Source: Octopus sinensis
Taxonomy: Eukaryota
Assembly (NCBI RefSeq): GCF_006345805.1
Contig: NC_043008.1
Span: 30,318,001-30,382,000, forward strand
Reading direction: 5' to 3'
Length of the DNA stretch: 64,000 bases
The notes beneath the pieces were generated by a model. It saw only the letters and a program-made list of their open reading frames with translations, was not told the DNA's origin and ran no database searches. Position numbers and translations under genes: made by a program. This document shows positions 50,785 through 64,000 of this stretch, piece after piece (position 1 is the stretch's first letter; each line of letters opens with the position of its first letter).

Positions 50785-51084
50785 CACAAAAACATATGTG
50801 TATATAAGTATATACCTGGGGATGATTGCTCGTCCGTCATAAAAATGTTTCACATTTATGAAGACGTAAACGAGACCCAATATATAAATATCTGCAGCAA
50901 AACTGTTTAGTTTTAACTGACTATTTATGCTTGTTCACGATAGCCTATGTTGCGAGACTGTCTCTTAGAGGTTAGGCTAAATTCCCCACTATTTATTGAC
51001 AGGCTTGGACGTTGAATTTTCTTTCCAGATTTTTATTATTATTGTTTTATATTTATCGCTATTGCCTTTAATCAGAAAACATAG

Positions 51085-51272
51085 TTTTCTAATATAGGTA
51101 CAAGGCCCGAAATTTGGTGGGAGGGGGCCATTCGATCAAATCAATCCCAGTATGCAACTGGTACTTAATTTATCGACCTCGAAAGAATGAAAGGCATAGT
51201 CGACCTTGACGGAATTTTAACTCAGAACGCAAAGACAGACGAAAAACTGCTAAGCATTTCGCCCGGCGTGTA
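51085..51272 (-). mobile_element. tRNA-derived SINE family 2
   Basis: The minus strand reads ACGCCGGGCGAAATGCTTAGCAG...GTTCTGAGTTAAAATTCCGTC...GAGGTCGATAAATTAAGTACCAGTTGCATACTGGG. Confidence 0.85.
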
Positions 51273-52194
51273 ATCAGGAAACATTGTTCAATGATGTTTA
51301 CCTTTTCTATTTACTAGTGAAGATTAAATCACTAGCATGCTACCTTCCCACGTTATCTATACTGTATTTAGAACCTTGTGAGTTTGTTTCAGTTCATTTG
51401 GTTACAATGAGGCTGAAATGCTTTTCATTACTGGATCCAATATCCTTGTTCTTTACAGTGACTTTAAAGATATGCTTGAAGCTATATTTATGTATATATA
51501 GCTATGATAGGTTATCAAACAATGTCATCAGGGATCGTATACACTGTAACGATCCTGACGCCATATTTATTAGTTTTTAGAGTTTTCTCTCAGGGAAAGC
51601 GGAGAAAAATTAATGCAATTCAATTTGACTTATAGATTAATATTTCATGTGACATTCGATAATTATTGGATAAATAATTTGTATGCTATACCGACGACAT
51701 ATATTTTCAAATATTGTATTTAACAAAATTTAGACTTTTAAACTGAAAGTGTTATTAATTAGCAGTTTAGGTATTACTTTACTTTCGGGTGCGAGCACAC
51801 TCTTCATCAATTTGACACTTTAGAAAATGCTCGATACCACTCGGCGTGTTAAAAATAACGTTCACGCGAAAGCGACAGAGTAGGTAGTTAAGGATCTACA
51901 TGATTGCATCAGCGTGTGGGTGGCTATTGTGTTCCTGAGCACTATATTTAGGGGTACGGTTGTATGACTGAGCTGGTGGTATTTATGGTGGGTGTGCCAC
52001 ATGTTTATTTTACTTTTAATGTATACATTGCGATGGTCTGTGTATGAAAACCTAAAAGTTGAGCTTATGTACTTGGGTGCGTTTTTTCTGTGTGCGTATG
52101 TGTGTGTATGTGTGCATGTGTTGTGTGTATGTGTGCGTGTGTATATATGTGTGTATGTGTAGGTGTATGTTGTATGTATATGTGAAATAATCTT

Positions 52195-53560
52195 TGTACA
52201 TGTACCCCTGCATTCCTTTAAGATCCTTGTAACATACGTGACCTACACACCCACAACCAAGCTAGATTACTTCCTCTTATTCATACCTCTACCACACCCA
52301 CTAGTCTAATCCATTTTTAGAACACCATCACCAGAGATCATTCCCTCATAACTGATTATTTTATATGCGCCTCCACCAATTTCATCAGCAATACAGAGAA
52401 AACTGAGGGTTTGCGGTCAGAAGTTATAGAAAATACTTTACAAATTTTTCACAGTTGTCATAAGCAGAACTAATATTTTCATTTATTAATATGCAGTGCA
52501 TTTTTTCATGCCTTCTCTATCATCATCCAGCCCGATCAGCTTCTCCTCATCCTCCATCCTCATAGATCTCGAAGCCAACTTCTTTGCACGATTCTTCATT
52601 TATTATACCAGGCTTTCATTTACTCAGTCCTATTATAACAGAAATTTGTGCCCCTAATTCTTCCTGGCTATCGTACCCCTCACCTCCTCGTTCCACTACC
52701 AAGTATCTCATCGATCTCTCCTACCTCTCGTCCTCCCACACATTTCTTCACATGCCTTTAGTACCCCTTCCACAAATCTGGTGCATCAATGCTTACCAAA
52801 TCCCCAACGTTCTCCTCAAACTTTGCTCTTATGTCTTCTTCTTTCAGTTCCACACATTCCTCCTCTCAACCATTCTCTTTGTCACACACATTTTAACTTT
52901 CTTCTTATCCAAGTCAGCAACCATCAACCTGTGCTGCAACTTCTCTGGTATTGTCTTCACATCACTCAGATGCATTCTGTTTTCCATGCAAACGAACAGG
53001 AAATCTATCTGTGACTCATTCCCTCCTGCACTGAAAGTCACCTTTTCTCTGTTTTCCTAAGCCATGTGTCCGCCACAGACAACTCCTTCACATCACAAAA
53101 CTCCATCAGCATCCTTTCTTCCATATTTCTCTCCCCAATTTCATTTCCCCTAGGCACACCCTCAAAGCCCTAGAGCTATTTCCCAACATGTCCATGCTCA
53201 AAACCAATTCATCTAAATTATGTAAGTTCCACTCACTCACCATTTCACCAAAGAATCGCTCTTTCTCAGTGATCTCTGTTCCACTTTGCGGACCATACCC
53301 ACAAATCACCCTCGCCACTCCTTCTTCAAATGCAAATACTACTGTCATCACTCAGTCACTCTTCTCCTGACCTCCACTGCCTTCTCACAGATTTTTTCAT
53401 TCATCAAAATTACCACATCTCCAGTCCTCTTGCCATTTCCCGACCACCACAACTTCTACCTTCTTCCCTTGACCCCGCCAAATCTTGCACCATGCCTCCT
53501 CTTCCTCAATTCTTCACGCACTTAAGTGCGAAGACTGCCTGAGACCAAGGCATCTACCAC
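52195..53560 (-). mobile_element. RTE-clade LINE remnant: APE endonuclease region, probably joined to the extreme 3' end
   Basis: KLWWSGNGKRTGDVVILMNEKI..VEVRRR..VMTVVFAFEEGVARVICGYGPQSG..EKERFF; SAGGNESQIDFL..DVKTIP...QHRLMVADL; WWNEEV-like. 52200-52380 weakly resembles the RTE C-terminus. Confidence 0.85.
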
Positions 53561-54051
53561 GATTGTAAAGAAATTTGGAGGGAAACTAGCTCGGGAAGGC
53601 AGGGGCACTACTCCATGAGTCCCCTATGTATTATATGTATAAAACACACACAAGTAAAATGGACTGCTATTGTTAGTAAAGATGGCAACAAAGGATTACA
53701 TGATTCACGTTCAAAATATAGCAAATACATTATGTAGAAAAGAAAAAAAACGTTTACACGCAGTTGTCAGATGCTCAATGATTACGGATGGATTTACTGA
53801 AAGGATTCTTTTACTCTGAATTTTTTTTTTCAAAATTGCAAACGGTTGTGATACATGCATACATTCTAGAAATATTAATGAAGTATTCACCTGATATCGA
53901 CTAATTCATTTTATAGCTGTTAATATCATTTCTTCAATATCATATTCATTTCAAATTGTTTACATACACACACTTACACATGTATGCATATATATGTATA
54001 GGTATAAGTGTGTGTATGCTTGTATGTGTGCAAGTATACATATGCACATAC

Positions 54052-54094
<43 letters not shown>

Positions 54095-54600
54095 AAACAT
54101 ATACGTATATGAATACATGCATATATGTACATAAATGCATTATCTTTGAGTGTGTGTATACATATGTGCGTGTGTGCTTGCGTGTGTATGTGCGCCTGTA
54201 TGTGTGTATGTGCGCCTGTATGTGTGTATAAGCGCCTGTATGTGTGTCTGTGTGTCTGCTTATGGTGCACGTTTAATGCTAGTGCATTGAGAAGGAAATT
54301 ACCTTCTGTCGTTCTCTAGATGAATGTTGGCGAATTGGTAAATGGGAAATATGAAGAAGCACCGAAATCTTATTACATTGGATGAGACAAGAAATTTAAT
54401 TGAAATCCGAATTAGTGCAGATATAAGGAAACCTTCCACACATGCACACAGCTAGAGAGTGTATACATATATGTGTATACGTATGTACATTTGTATACAT
54501 TCATCAATATCGCTACATATCTGTCTTTATATCAAGCTATCAACTTATAGATATATATATATACATATATATATATATATTATATACATACATACATTCA

Positions 54601-54762
54601 TAGGTGCAGTTGTGGTTTTGTGGTTAGAAGCCTGCTTCCAAAGCACTTGTCTCGCGTTCAGTCGCACTGCGTGGCACGTTGGGCAAGTGTCTCCACTTGT
54701 ATAGCCTAGGGCCTACCAAAGCCTTGTGCGTAGATTTGATAGACGGAAAATGAAAGCCTGCC

Positions 54763-54831
<69 letters not shown>

Positions 54832-55045
54832 TTGTGTGTTTGCGTCCGTGTTTGTCCCCCCACCATCGCTTGACAACCGATCTTGGGGTGTTTATATGCC
54901 CGTAACCTTAGCGGTTCGGCAAAAGGGTGACAGAGTAAGTACCAGGCTTACAAACAATAAGTCCAGGGCTTGATTTCTTCGACTGGAAGGTGGTGTTCCA
55001 ACATGGCCACAATCAAGAGATGACTGAGACATGTAAAATAATAAG
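54601..55045 (+). mobile_element. tRNA-derived SINE family 1 copy (diverged)
   Basis: GTCGCACTGCGTGGCACGTTGGGCAAGTGTCT...(TA)n...CATCGCTTGACAACCGAT...CAACATGGCCACAATCAAGAGATGACTGA. Confidence 0.85.
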
Positions 55046-55047
55046 AG

Positions 55048-55102
<55 letters not shown>

Positions 55103-55588
55103 CCATACATACGTACACACCGACACATATATACACATACATATATATGCATGTGTGCGTGTGTGTATGTACATCCACATTCCTACATTCCTAATGTTAC
55201 GTATATCTATATATATAGAGAGAGAGAGAGGGAGAGGGAGAGACAGACAGACAGGCAGACAGAGGTAGAGAATTTCGGAAACAAGCGGAGAGTAAAGAGA
55301 GACAAAATTATTAATCTTATGAGATAATATTAGTATTGATTGAATTTTTTTTATATTTTTAAATTGGCCTAAACATTATTTCCTACCACGGGTACAAAGA
55401 TGCCAGAGGGAACAGACTATTCTATCCAACTCGTTGCTTGATTGTGCTACATCTATGAACCCTGCGCTCAAGAAAGTTAATAATGAATGCCGAAATGATT
55501 TGAAACGTATCAAGAAATCAGAACCTATTGGTATCCAAAAATGTATGCGTCTGTATGTTGGTGTATTATGATGTTCATATATTAGCAT

Positions 55589-55637
<49 letters not shown>

Positions 55638-55860
55638 TATATTAATATAGAATCACATATATACATATACATGTTTATATACTGGGTCATCCTATAAATA
55701 AAGTAGTTTTTCTATACTTTTATTTTTCAAAATCAGACACACAAAGTTCATATTTAATCTAAAGTATCACATGTATATATATATATATATATACGCATAT
55801 ATATATATATATATATTATGTATATATATATGATATATGCATGTATATGTTTGTATGTCT

Positions 55861-56040
55861 GTATTTGTTCTCCCTCCACCTCTTGACAGTCGATGCTGGT
55901 GTGTTTATGTTCCCGTAACTTAGCGGTTTGCAACTGAGATCGATATAATTAGTACCAGGCTTACAAAGAATAAGTCCTGGGGTCGATTTGTTCGACTAAA
56001 GGTGGCGATTCTGCATGGTCGCAGTCAAATGACTGGAACA
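55861..56040 (+). mobile_element. SINE family 1 tail
   Basis: CTTGACAGTCGATGCTGGTGTGTTTATGTTCCCGTAACTTAGCGG...GGGGTCGATTTGTTCGACTAAAGG...GCAGTCAAATGACTGGAAC. Confidence 0.85.
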
Positions 56041-56042
56041 TA

Positions 56043-57200
56043 TACGAGGGGTGTATGAAATGTCTTGAGTCTCAAAAAAACAAAACATGGTTCAAGACTT
56101 CTGATGATCTATTTTTTAACATAGACCCTCTCGATGGCTGAACACTTTCCTCAGCGGTGCTGAAGTGCCATTTTCCCGGCATAGTAGATCTCTTTTGTTT
56201 GAGACTCCAAGAAACTTCATACAGCGTCTATGACGTCTTTGTCAGTGACAAAATGGCGACCAGTCAGTGCTTTTTCATTTTTGGAAATAGAAGAAAGTCA
56301 GAGGCGGATGGGGAACAAGTGCGTATCCACAATCACGAATTATTGCCATGGCAACCACTGAGGTGTGAGCAGGAGCATTGTCGTGATGAAAAAGGACTCC
56401 TCTGGTGAACATTCCCGGCTTTTTTCTTTGATTGCTTCTCAAATGCGTTTTAGTAGTTGAGAATAATACAGCCCTGTCATGGTATGGCCCTTTTCAAGGT
56501 AATCGATCAGCAAGACAACTTGAGAATAAAAAAAAAAACGGATGCCATGACCTTGCCAGCTGAAGGATTGAACATGGCCTTCTTTGCGTTAGTTGGAGAT
56601 GCGGGCTTCCACAGCTTTGATTGTACTTTGGTTTCAGGCTGGTAGTAATGAACCCAACTTTCGTCCATAGTAAAGGAATGAGCAAGAAAATTCTCTTTAT
56701 CGGCTTCAAACAGCTCCAGATTGCCCGTGGACAAAGTGCACCTGGTGCGTTTCTATTCAGGAGTCAAAAGACGAGGGACCCACCTTGCAGAAACCTTTGA
56801 GAACCCTAAGTTCTTTTGTCACAATGTTGCCTGTTCTTTCAGTTGAGATGCCCAGTCTCTCGGCTATCCAACGACATATTTGGCGATATTGCATTATCAT
56901 ACCAAGAGAAAGGTCAATGTTGTCCTTTGTGGTTGCAGTTGGAGGTCTCCCTGGTCTGGAATCATCTTCCACACTCTCCCTGCCACGCTGGAATTCATTT
57001 TCTCAGCGTTGACTGATGCATATGAAGGAGCATTGTCTGTTAAGATTCTCACCATTTCTTCATGGATTTATGATGGAGTCATGCCTTTCAAATGAAGGTA
57101 CTTTATGACAGCACGATACTCAGTTTTCTCCATTTTCCTTGTAAACTCGAAGCTTGTTTATTCAAAAATCTGCAACAAAAAAATTTAAATATCAGAATTA
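56043..57200 (-). mobile_element. Mariner (Tc1/mariner DD34D) transposon remnant with pseudogenised transposase; one TIR visible
   Basis: The minus strand from 57133 reads MEKTEYRAVIKYLHLKGMTP..EDDSRPGRPPTATT..FTMDESWVHYYQPETKVQSKLW..SAGKVMASVFF..DFLLFPKMKK. The TA+CGAGGGGTGTATGAAA terminus at 56043 is typical of mariner. Confidence 0.9.
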
Positions 57201-57384
57201 TGAAAATGAACAAGAATACTCCGAAAAGACTGTACTTATCAGAAAAGGTTGTTTCAGCTACATAACAGATCCATTTCTAGGTTAGGCTCAAAACTTTGTG
57301 TGTGTGTGTGTGTGTGTGTGAGTTTGTGTGTGTGTGTTTGTGTGTATGGGTGTGTGCGCGCGCGTGTGTGTGTGTGTACGTATA

Positions 57385-57452
57385 AGGTATAGATAGATAG
57401 ATACATACATACATACATACATACATACATAGAAAAAAAAAAATATATATAT

Positions 57453-57522
<70 letters not shown>

Positions 57523-57545
57523 GGGTGGATAGACTGATTGATTGA
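57385..57545. repeat. (GATA)n/(CATA)n tetranucleotide microsatellite
   Basis: Seen directly. Confidence 0.95.
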
Positions 57546-58899
57546 TAGATTGACTGCTTGATAGATATAAATATAGGCAATGAAGTAGATAGATTGGGCT
57601 AACTATTTCACAGTTCACACATGCAAATGCGCAAATAGGTTCTCATCTATCAAGAGATATACGAAAATATTTTTGATAAAACTATAAACAAATAATTAAT
57701 TAAAACTCTAGATCTATGTATGAAATTAATTGACACCCATCAAACAAAATTCCATTTTGTAGAATTTAGAAAACTGTGAAAAACCCACGAGCTGTCATTT
57801 TTCCTGGAACTCAGAAGTATTTTTCTTTCACTTCTGTTTCGTTTGGAATGTGAGAAATATTTATTGCTTCAACACTTTCACTCTGCCTTCCTCTACACTC
57901 GCACATACACATAAACACATATACACACACACACACACACACGCATGCACACATATACGCACGTCGCCCATACACGCACGTACATGCGCGCGCACACATG
58001 CACACACGAACACACACACACATACAGACACAGACATATATAAGTTGATAAGCTTAGCTCGCACTGGTTTAGCACTAGTTTATCGATAGGAATAATGACA
58101 ATAATATAACTAATAACGATTGCGGACTTATATTGGTTGAAACATTATGCAACTGTAGGGTACCTGATGATTGCTCTCAGAATAGCCGTTACTGTATATA
58201 TTTATATATATATTTGTGCTGCATATTAGACAACGCAACACCACTAAAATATATCGGTTAGGTTTAAGTATGAAATTTCATTACATCTCAGCAGGTTCAC
58301 TTAGGCAAAACGTATAACTTCTACTTCACATATGTATCAAAATATAGTATGTCAAGCATACACCATTGCCTATAATATTATCTGGTCAATTATTACTACA
58401 GAAATGCCTTCTGACTGTGGGAGAGCTTTATGCGATCGTTGTTGTGAAGCATACGTGGAGATTTTAGAGGTTATAACCACCTGCTTTCATCAAATCATTA
58501 AAATAATTCTGTTCAAAGCATAGGTCGTTATGTTCTGCCTATATACACTTCCTACTTCTTGCTCACCTGATTTGTGATCCCCTTAATTATATTTTATGTC
58601 TTAACAATCAACTAGTGACTATTTTGTTTATAATTCTCTTCTCCTTTAGACGACATATCTGTTTACATTACTCTATAAGATATGATCTCGCAACCTTTCA
58701 CGTAACGTACAACTGTGCTGATTCAAATACTCTAACTTACAATAATTTACCTTATGTATATATAGTCGTAATCCCTATAACTACGGCTAAGGAACACCTG
58801 ACATCAGAAAGAGTTGAAAAGAACTACCTGTAATTTCAATTCCTTTACCTGTAGTTACTTCTGATAAAATGCTGCACTAAACATCTGAAAGAAAGATAA

Positions 58900-60700
58900 A
58901 AGCAGAGAGAGGATTCCAAACTGCGCATATGGTTTCTGCAGAGGGCTTTGGTACCACTTCAGTCCCAGGAGGTTGTGGTGCCTGAATAGTCGGGATATGA
59001 GAGTATCTTGCTAGGAAGATCAGAGGCCATCATTGTATCGGCAGAAAAACATAGCGTCTGTTAGCTAAAGATTGAAATGTGTCTGTGACGGATTAATGGT
59101 CAATGATCGAGTGGCAGTTCTCTGAATATGGCCCAAGATGTTTTTGCGGACAACACTAGCACCATTCAGTATACAGTAACATTACTCCGCTGTGTCCACA
59201 TCTGGACTTTGCAGAGTGTTAACAGTTATTGGGGGTGGAGAGGACTGAAACATGTTCTAGCCTTGAAGAAAAAGATTAGTCTTTTGAGATATTGTCCTAG
59301 CTATGCTAACGATGTTTTACACCAGGAAAAATCCCCGTTCATACTGAGGCCCAACGTTTAGAGCGACTGTGTTTAGAAGGGAGTGGTTCTTTTTATTGAT
59401 AAGTATAATGTTAGTGTTTTTGCTGCTAAAAGATGCAAGATTAGCATGGCTCCATTGGAGGATGCCCTTCTAGTTGGTAAAGAGATGGCTAGATTGTGTG
59501 ATATTAATACGCAGTCAGGGTAAATTAAAGAGGAATGAAGAACTGTATATCGTGCATAGAAGCGGGTGCTGTTGGATATAGTGACAAATAGATTATAATG
59601 GCATAGAAGGAAAAATGTAAAGCATAAAACCGAAATCTATCAAACATCTGACTTGGTTGAAAGAAAAGAGAACGCTCCCAACAGAAAACTACTGATCTAA
59701 GAAAAGATTGTCGAGTAGAGTCTGTGAGTGGGAAGGTTTGAAAGGAGATTGACTCGAAGAGTCGAAACCTTTGCTGATGTCAAAAGCAACAACATTCATT
59801 TTGTTGAATTTCTCTGAAGCAAGATTGTAGGTTTCCATTTCTTCAGTATTCGCGGGCACATGTTGGTGGCTAATAAGGAGGGAGTCCTTATTAGGTATTT
59901 GAGAACGTCATTGCTAAGGGCTGTCTCCATTATTTTGGAGGTCTTTGAAATGAGTGTATTAGGGCGAGAGGTGATTCGTTTTGAGAGTGAAATTTACTGA
60001 TAAATGACAGGATAAGTTCCTGAAGTGAGATGTCAAAGTGTTTGATGAGTGTAGAAGCAAATATGGGTGAGCAAATAAGGGTGCCAGAGACAGAGTAGCT
60101 AGATATATTCACAGATATATGTATGCTTGAGAAGAGAAGCCCATTGGATTTGAAAATGCTATATGTGTAGAGTATTAACTATTGGTGTGTACTATAATGA
60201 TAGACGAAAGTGAGTGGTAGAAGTAGTCATTTTTCGTATAGAAGCTGCTTATTGAATCTCCATTGTTCAAAAGGGAAGGGAAAACGGTCTCGGTAAAGAT
60301 GACTGCGATACTTTTATAAAGGAGCCAAAAGGATCTAACTGCATGCTGGTTACTTGTGGTGACTCCATAGGTCCAGTGACATTTCTGTTTTGATAGAAAT
60401 TATGTTTTACGTGAGAAAGAGACCAAGAATTCTGAAGTGTCTATGTGTCGGTCAGAAATGCAGGTAGAAGATTAGCAAGTTAAAATTTCCGTAAGGACAT
60501 GTGGATAGCAAAAAGATGAGTATGAAATCCAAGAGATGTGAGTGTAGAAGTTAGCGAGGACGATAAATTCGGAAAGATGAGAGATAAAAGAGTTGTTCTT
60601 AACGCTGCTGATCGTTTCAGTGGTTTGGACAGGGAATGGCGGTAGAGATATATGTAGAGTAATGAGTTATAGGAAGCGGAAGTCCTTGATTCTAACATAT
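58900..60700 (-). mobile_element. Old CR1/L2-like LINE RT and 3' region remnant
   Basis: Minus-strand pieces NVVAFDISKGFD (cf. V.LDISKAFD), WSHANLASFSSKNT (cf. W...N...FN.SKT), TLCKVQ, HIQRTATR and SLANRR occur in the expected order; heavily frameshifted. Confidence 0.7.
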
Positions 60701-63647
60701 AGGTGAAAGAGCGATGATAGATTGAGTGAATGGAATCTATGTATGGATACATGTATGTGTATCCATACATATTTGCATACATGTGTGTGTTTGTATATGT
60801 GTTACATCGGTTTCATATATCTTCACACATGTATGTGCATTTATACATATTTTTTCTTAGTTAAACGTAAGGTACATGCTTTTCAGCCTCTCTATAGTAA
60901 TCTCATTCACACTTCTTATCCGTTTCCTTTTTCAACGCTATCCTTGTCACGTTTTGTGTACTTACCAACCTCTAAACTTTCCCCAAGGAACAAGTAAAGC
61001 ACTTATTTTCTCCCTTTGTTCTGCTTATATTAGTTGAAACATTCAAAGAGAATTAGGAAGCAAAACAAAATTTATAGATTATATCTCCTCTGTTATAGTA
61101 TATAGCGAATGCACACAGATTAAATTAGATAATGCATAACTAGTGTCTAGGAGCCACTCACATTTACAAATCCTAATTTTTTAGTTGAATATTCTTTCAT
61201 TAGCACGAAGTTGTTTCTGAGGTTAATGACACTTTTGTTACATTATTTAAAGTATACATTAACTTGTTAATTGACAATATTACATCAGGAATTAATGACT
61301 CGTGTACAAAACTTAGAATCAACAGTCGATATATTAAAATTAATAGGAATTTATAAAACTCCTACAAATAGAATTAGTCAAATAATATATTTTCAAGGTA
61401 TAAAAATGTCGTAATTTAAAACTGATATATGTATGATCACCATCTTCACCATCGTCGTCATCATCGATTAATGTCCGCCTTCCATGCTCACATAGGTGGG
61501 ACAGTTATACACACACAAACACAAACACACACGTACCACACACAACTCTTCACTCGGCCTTCTGCAGTGATGGATCGATGAAGTGTTACGTGTATACACA
61601 CGTTTATCTGCATTTGTGTGCGAATGGTATATATACATGCACAAAGACACACATATATAATGATATACATACATTAATATATGCATCTAATTTCTTTTGG
61701 GTATTGTGAGATTAAAAACCTAGTGTAGCACACAGTATACACATGCATCAGAACAAAACATTAGTCGAGTACAGAGTGGCAATAATGAGATAAGATGACA
61801 AAGGAATAAAAGGTTACCTTATTACCTTCACTAACTAACAGCTGTTTCTGCTATAAGTTGCAGTAACACCTTATAGCCTCATCGCAGCATCAAATATGAA
61901 GTGCATCTTCTAGGAGAAACAACTGTTAGCTAATGAAATTCATAATATAATCGCTTACTCCTTTGTCATCTTATTTTACTATGTGTGTGTATGTATGTGT
62001 TTACATGCACGATTGTGTGTGGGCATGTGTGTGTATGTGCGTGCGTGTGTATGTGAGTGCGCGCTCAACTACGATACTGCTCTTTTCCCTCATTTTCTCA
62101 GTTCGTCATTTTCTTTATCACTCTCTAACTTACCACGTTTAGAAATACAATACACGACCTCCATCTCGCTCCCTATTTGTTCTTCAGCCTCTTTTTTAGT
62201 CATTCTCTCTCTCTCTCCCTCTCTCTTTCTCACTCTCTCTCTTTCACACACTCTCTCTCTCTTTCTCTCTTCGAGCGGAAGGGGGATGTTTTCGTTAATT
62301 GATTGTATGTAAACATTAAGTCATATATAGACATAAACCATTCTAGGGTCTGTCGAAGATATCAAATGATAGATAATCGTTTCATCTTATTGGATTGAAT
62401 AAACATGAAAGTACCTTGCTTAGGGACACCACGATGTACCCTGTACAGAAATCAAGCGATAACAAATGTGATCATGAGAAACATCTAACCATTTGGCCAT
62501 GTAGCATATATATGTGTGTGCACGCCAGTATGTGTATTTGTGTATATGCATGTGTGTATGAGAAGAGAAAGAGACTGAGAACCGGTAGATATATAGAGAG
62601 AAAAATGAACTGAATACTAATTCCTTCATACAGAAGCATACAAACACCTACCTCCACTCAAATACACACACGCACGTTTGTGTGCCCGCGCCTTTATATG
62701 CGTGCGTGTATGAATACATGCTTGTACATGCATATATGTGTACTTGCATGTTTTTCGTGTGTGCGTCTGCTTGAATATGATTGTATGGGCCTGTAAATAT
62801 GCACTGCAGCCGCATCTATCAAAGCAAATTAGCGGTTGAAGACTTTAACAGATGAAGACAGCCTTACTTTGATAAAAACACAAGAAGTCATGCAGAATAT
62901 ATGAAACAATTTACAAAAACTGGAGAGTGGTGGAAATACTGATGTGCGTTGACCGGAAAATATAACAAATAATTGTAGAAGAATATGAAGTAATATATAA
63001 CGGAAATATTCTAAGCATTTCTGCTAGAATGAGGTTAACTAATATCAACATTTAATAGAACACTATGATAGGATGTCACAGTTGTTCTGTTGTGTCAAAA
63101 CAAACAAAAAAAGGTGAAACACTTGCTTATTATCATTGGTGTTGTTGTTGTTGTAGTTGCTATTGTTATTATTGTATACACACACACACACACACACATA
63201 TACACCCATATAAATAGATATGTGTATGTGCGCGCTTACATGTCTTTATAAGTGTGTGTGTGTATGTGTACATATGTATGGTTTTGTACATTCTTACATA
63301 TCATATGTTGCGTTTGCCTATGCATGTGTGTACGCTTGTTCATAAGCGCATATGCATAAAGAAGAAGCCAGGTAATATATTGTGCAAAATATAGCATCCA
63401 ACTGACCAAATTTCTGCCACTCACAGATTAAATAACAGAAGAATCATGAGTCAAAATATTCATTTGACAAACGGGGAATTGCAGAGGTCAGACATGGATT
63501 TTCTCGCATATAAAACTCCAAGGAATTACTGATGTAATCAACAACTGCTCGAGTTCACGCGTACTTATAGGGAGATAGTTATGTGTATATTAGTGAAACA
63601 TATACGTACATACACATGTACACACATAAACACAAATACACACACAT

Positions 63648-63696
<49 letters not shown>

Positions 63697-64000
63697 CTCT
63701 CTGTATATATATATATATATATATATATACACGAAACGTCATAATGAATAAGTTGATATAACAGTAAATGTACTAAGTGTACGTATATGTACACATCATA
63801 CACGTGTCTCTGCTTATTTATTATTTGTTTGGCTGTGTGCTGCATTGGTGCAACCGTATGTGTGTATGTGAGTATGCGCGCGAGTGTCTGCATCATTGTT
63901 GTGAGATCTCATCGTAGTTAACTTTCTCTTCTATTCGTAGGAATGGGATGGAACACAACAAACTGAGATCGAGAGCGAATATTAACCCCCTTCTGAAAAC

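Noticed and set aside
61440-62300. Promoter-like CT-rich / CpG-containing region
   Set aside because: No diagnostic motif or linked exon; it cannot be supported from sequence alone.

Overview
AT-rich, microsatellite-dense animal genomic DNA. The SINE families and the (TA)n/(AAT)n density look like Octopus (coleoid cephalopod); this is recognition from memory, not a database result. The only host coding sequence I can support is one 134-nt internal exon (23357-23490, +) encoding the start of a Dpr/zig-8-like Ig domain; its neighbouring exons were not found. The rest is mostly decayed mobile DNA: R4/Dong-type LINEs (two of them ending directly in (TAA)n arrays), RTE and CR1-like LINE remnants, a mariner remnant, several Penelope-like element (PLE) remnants with GIY-YIG domains and inverted termini, and at least three tRNA-derived SINE families. 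The most notable signals are four sequence-distinct families of minimal hammerhead-ribozyme-like motifs in PLE-type termini, several long fold-back palindromes (130 bp to about 840 bp) between (TA)n tracts within a few kb to about 12 kb of the Ig exon, a three-level nested insertion with a readable target-site duplication, and an unclassified ~550-bp element inserted in an (AAT)n tract. I see no intact novel multi-gene system. Most ORF-track entries are microsatellite artefacts. Repeat boundaries are approximate (read by eye).
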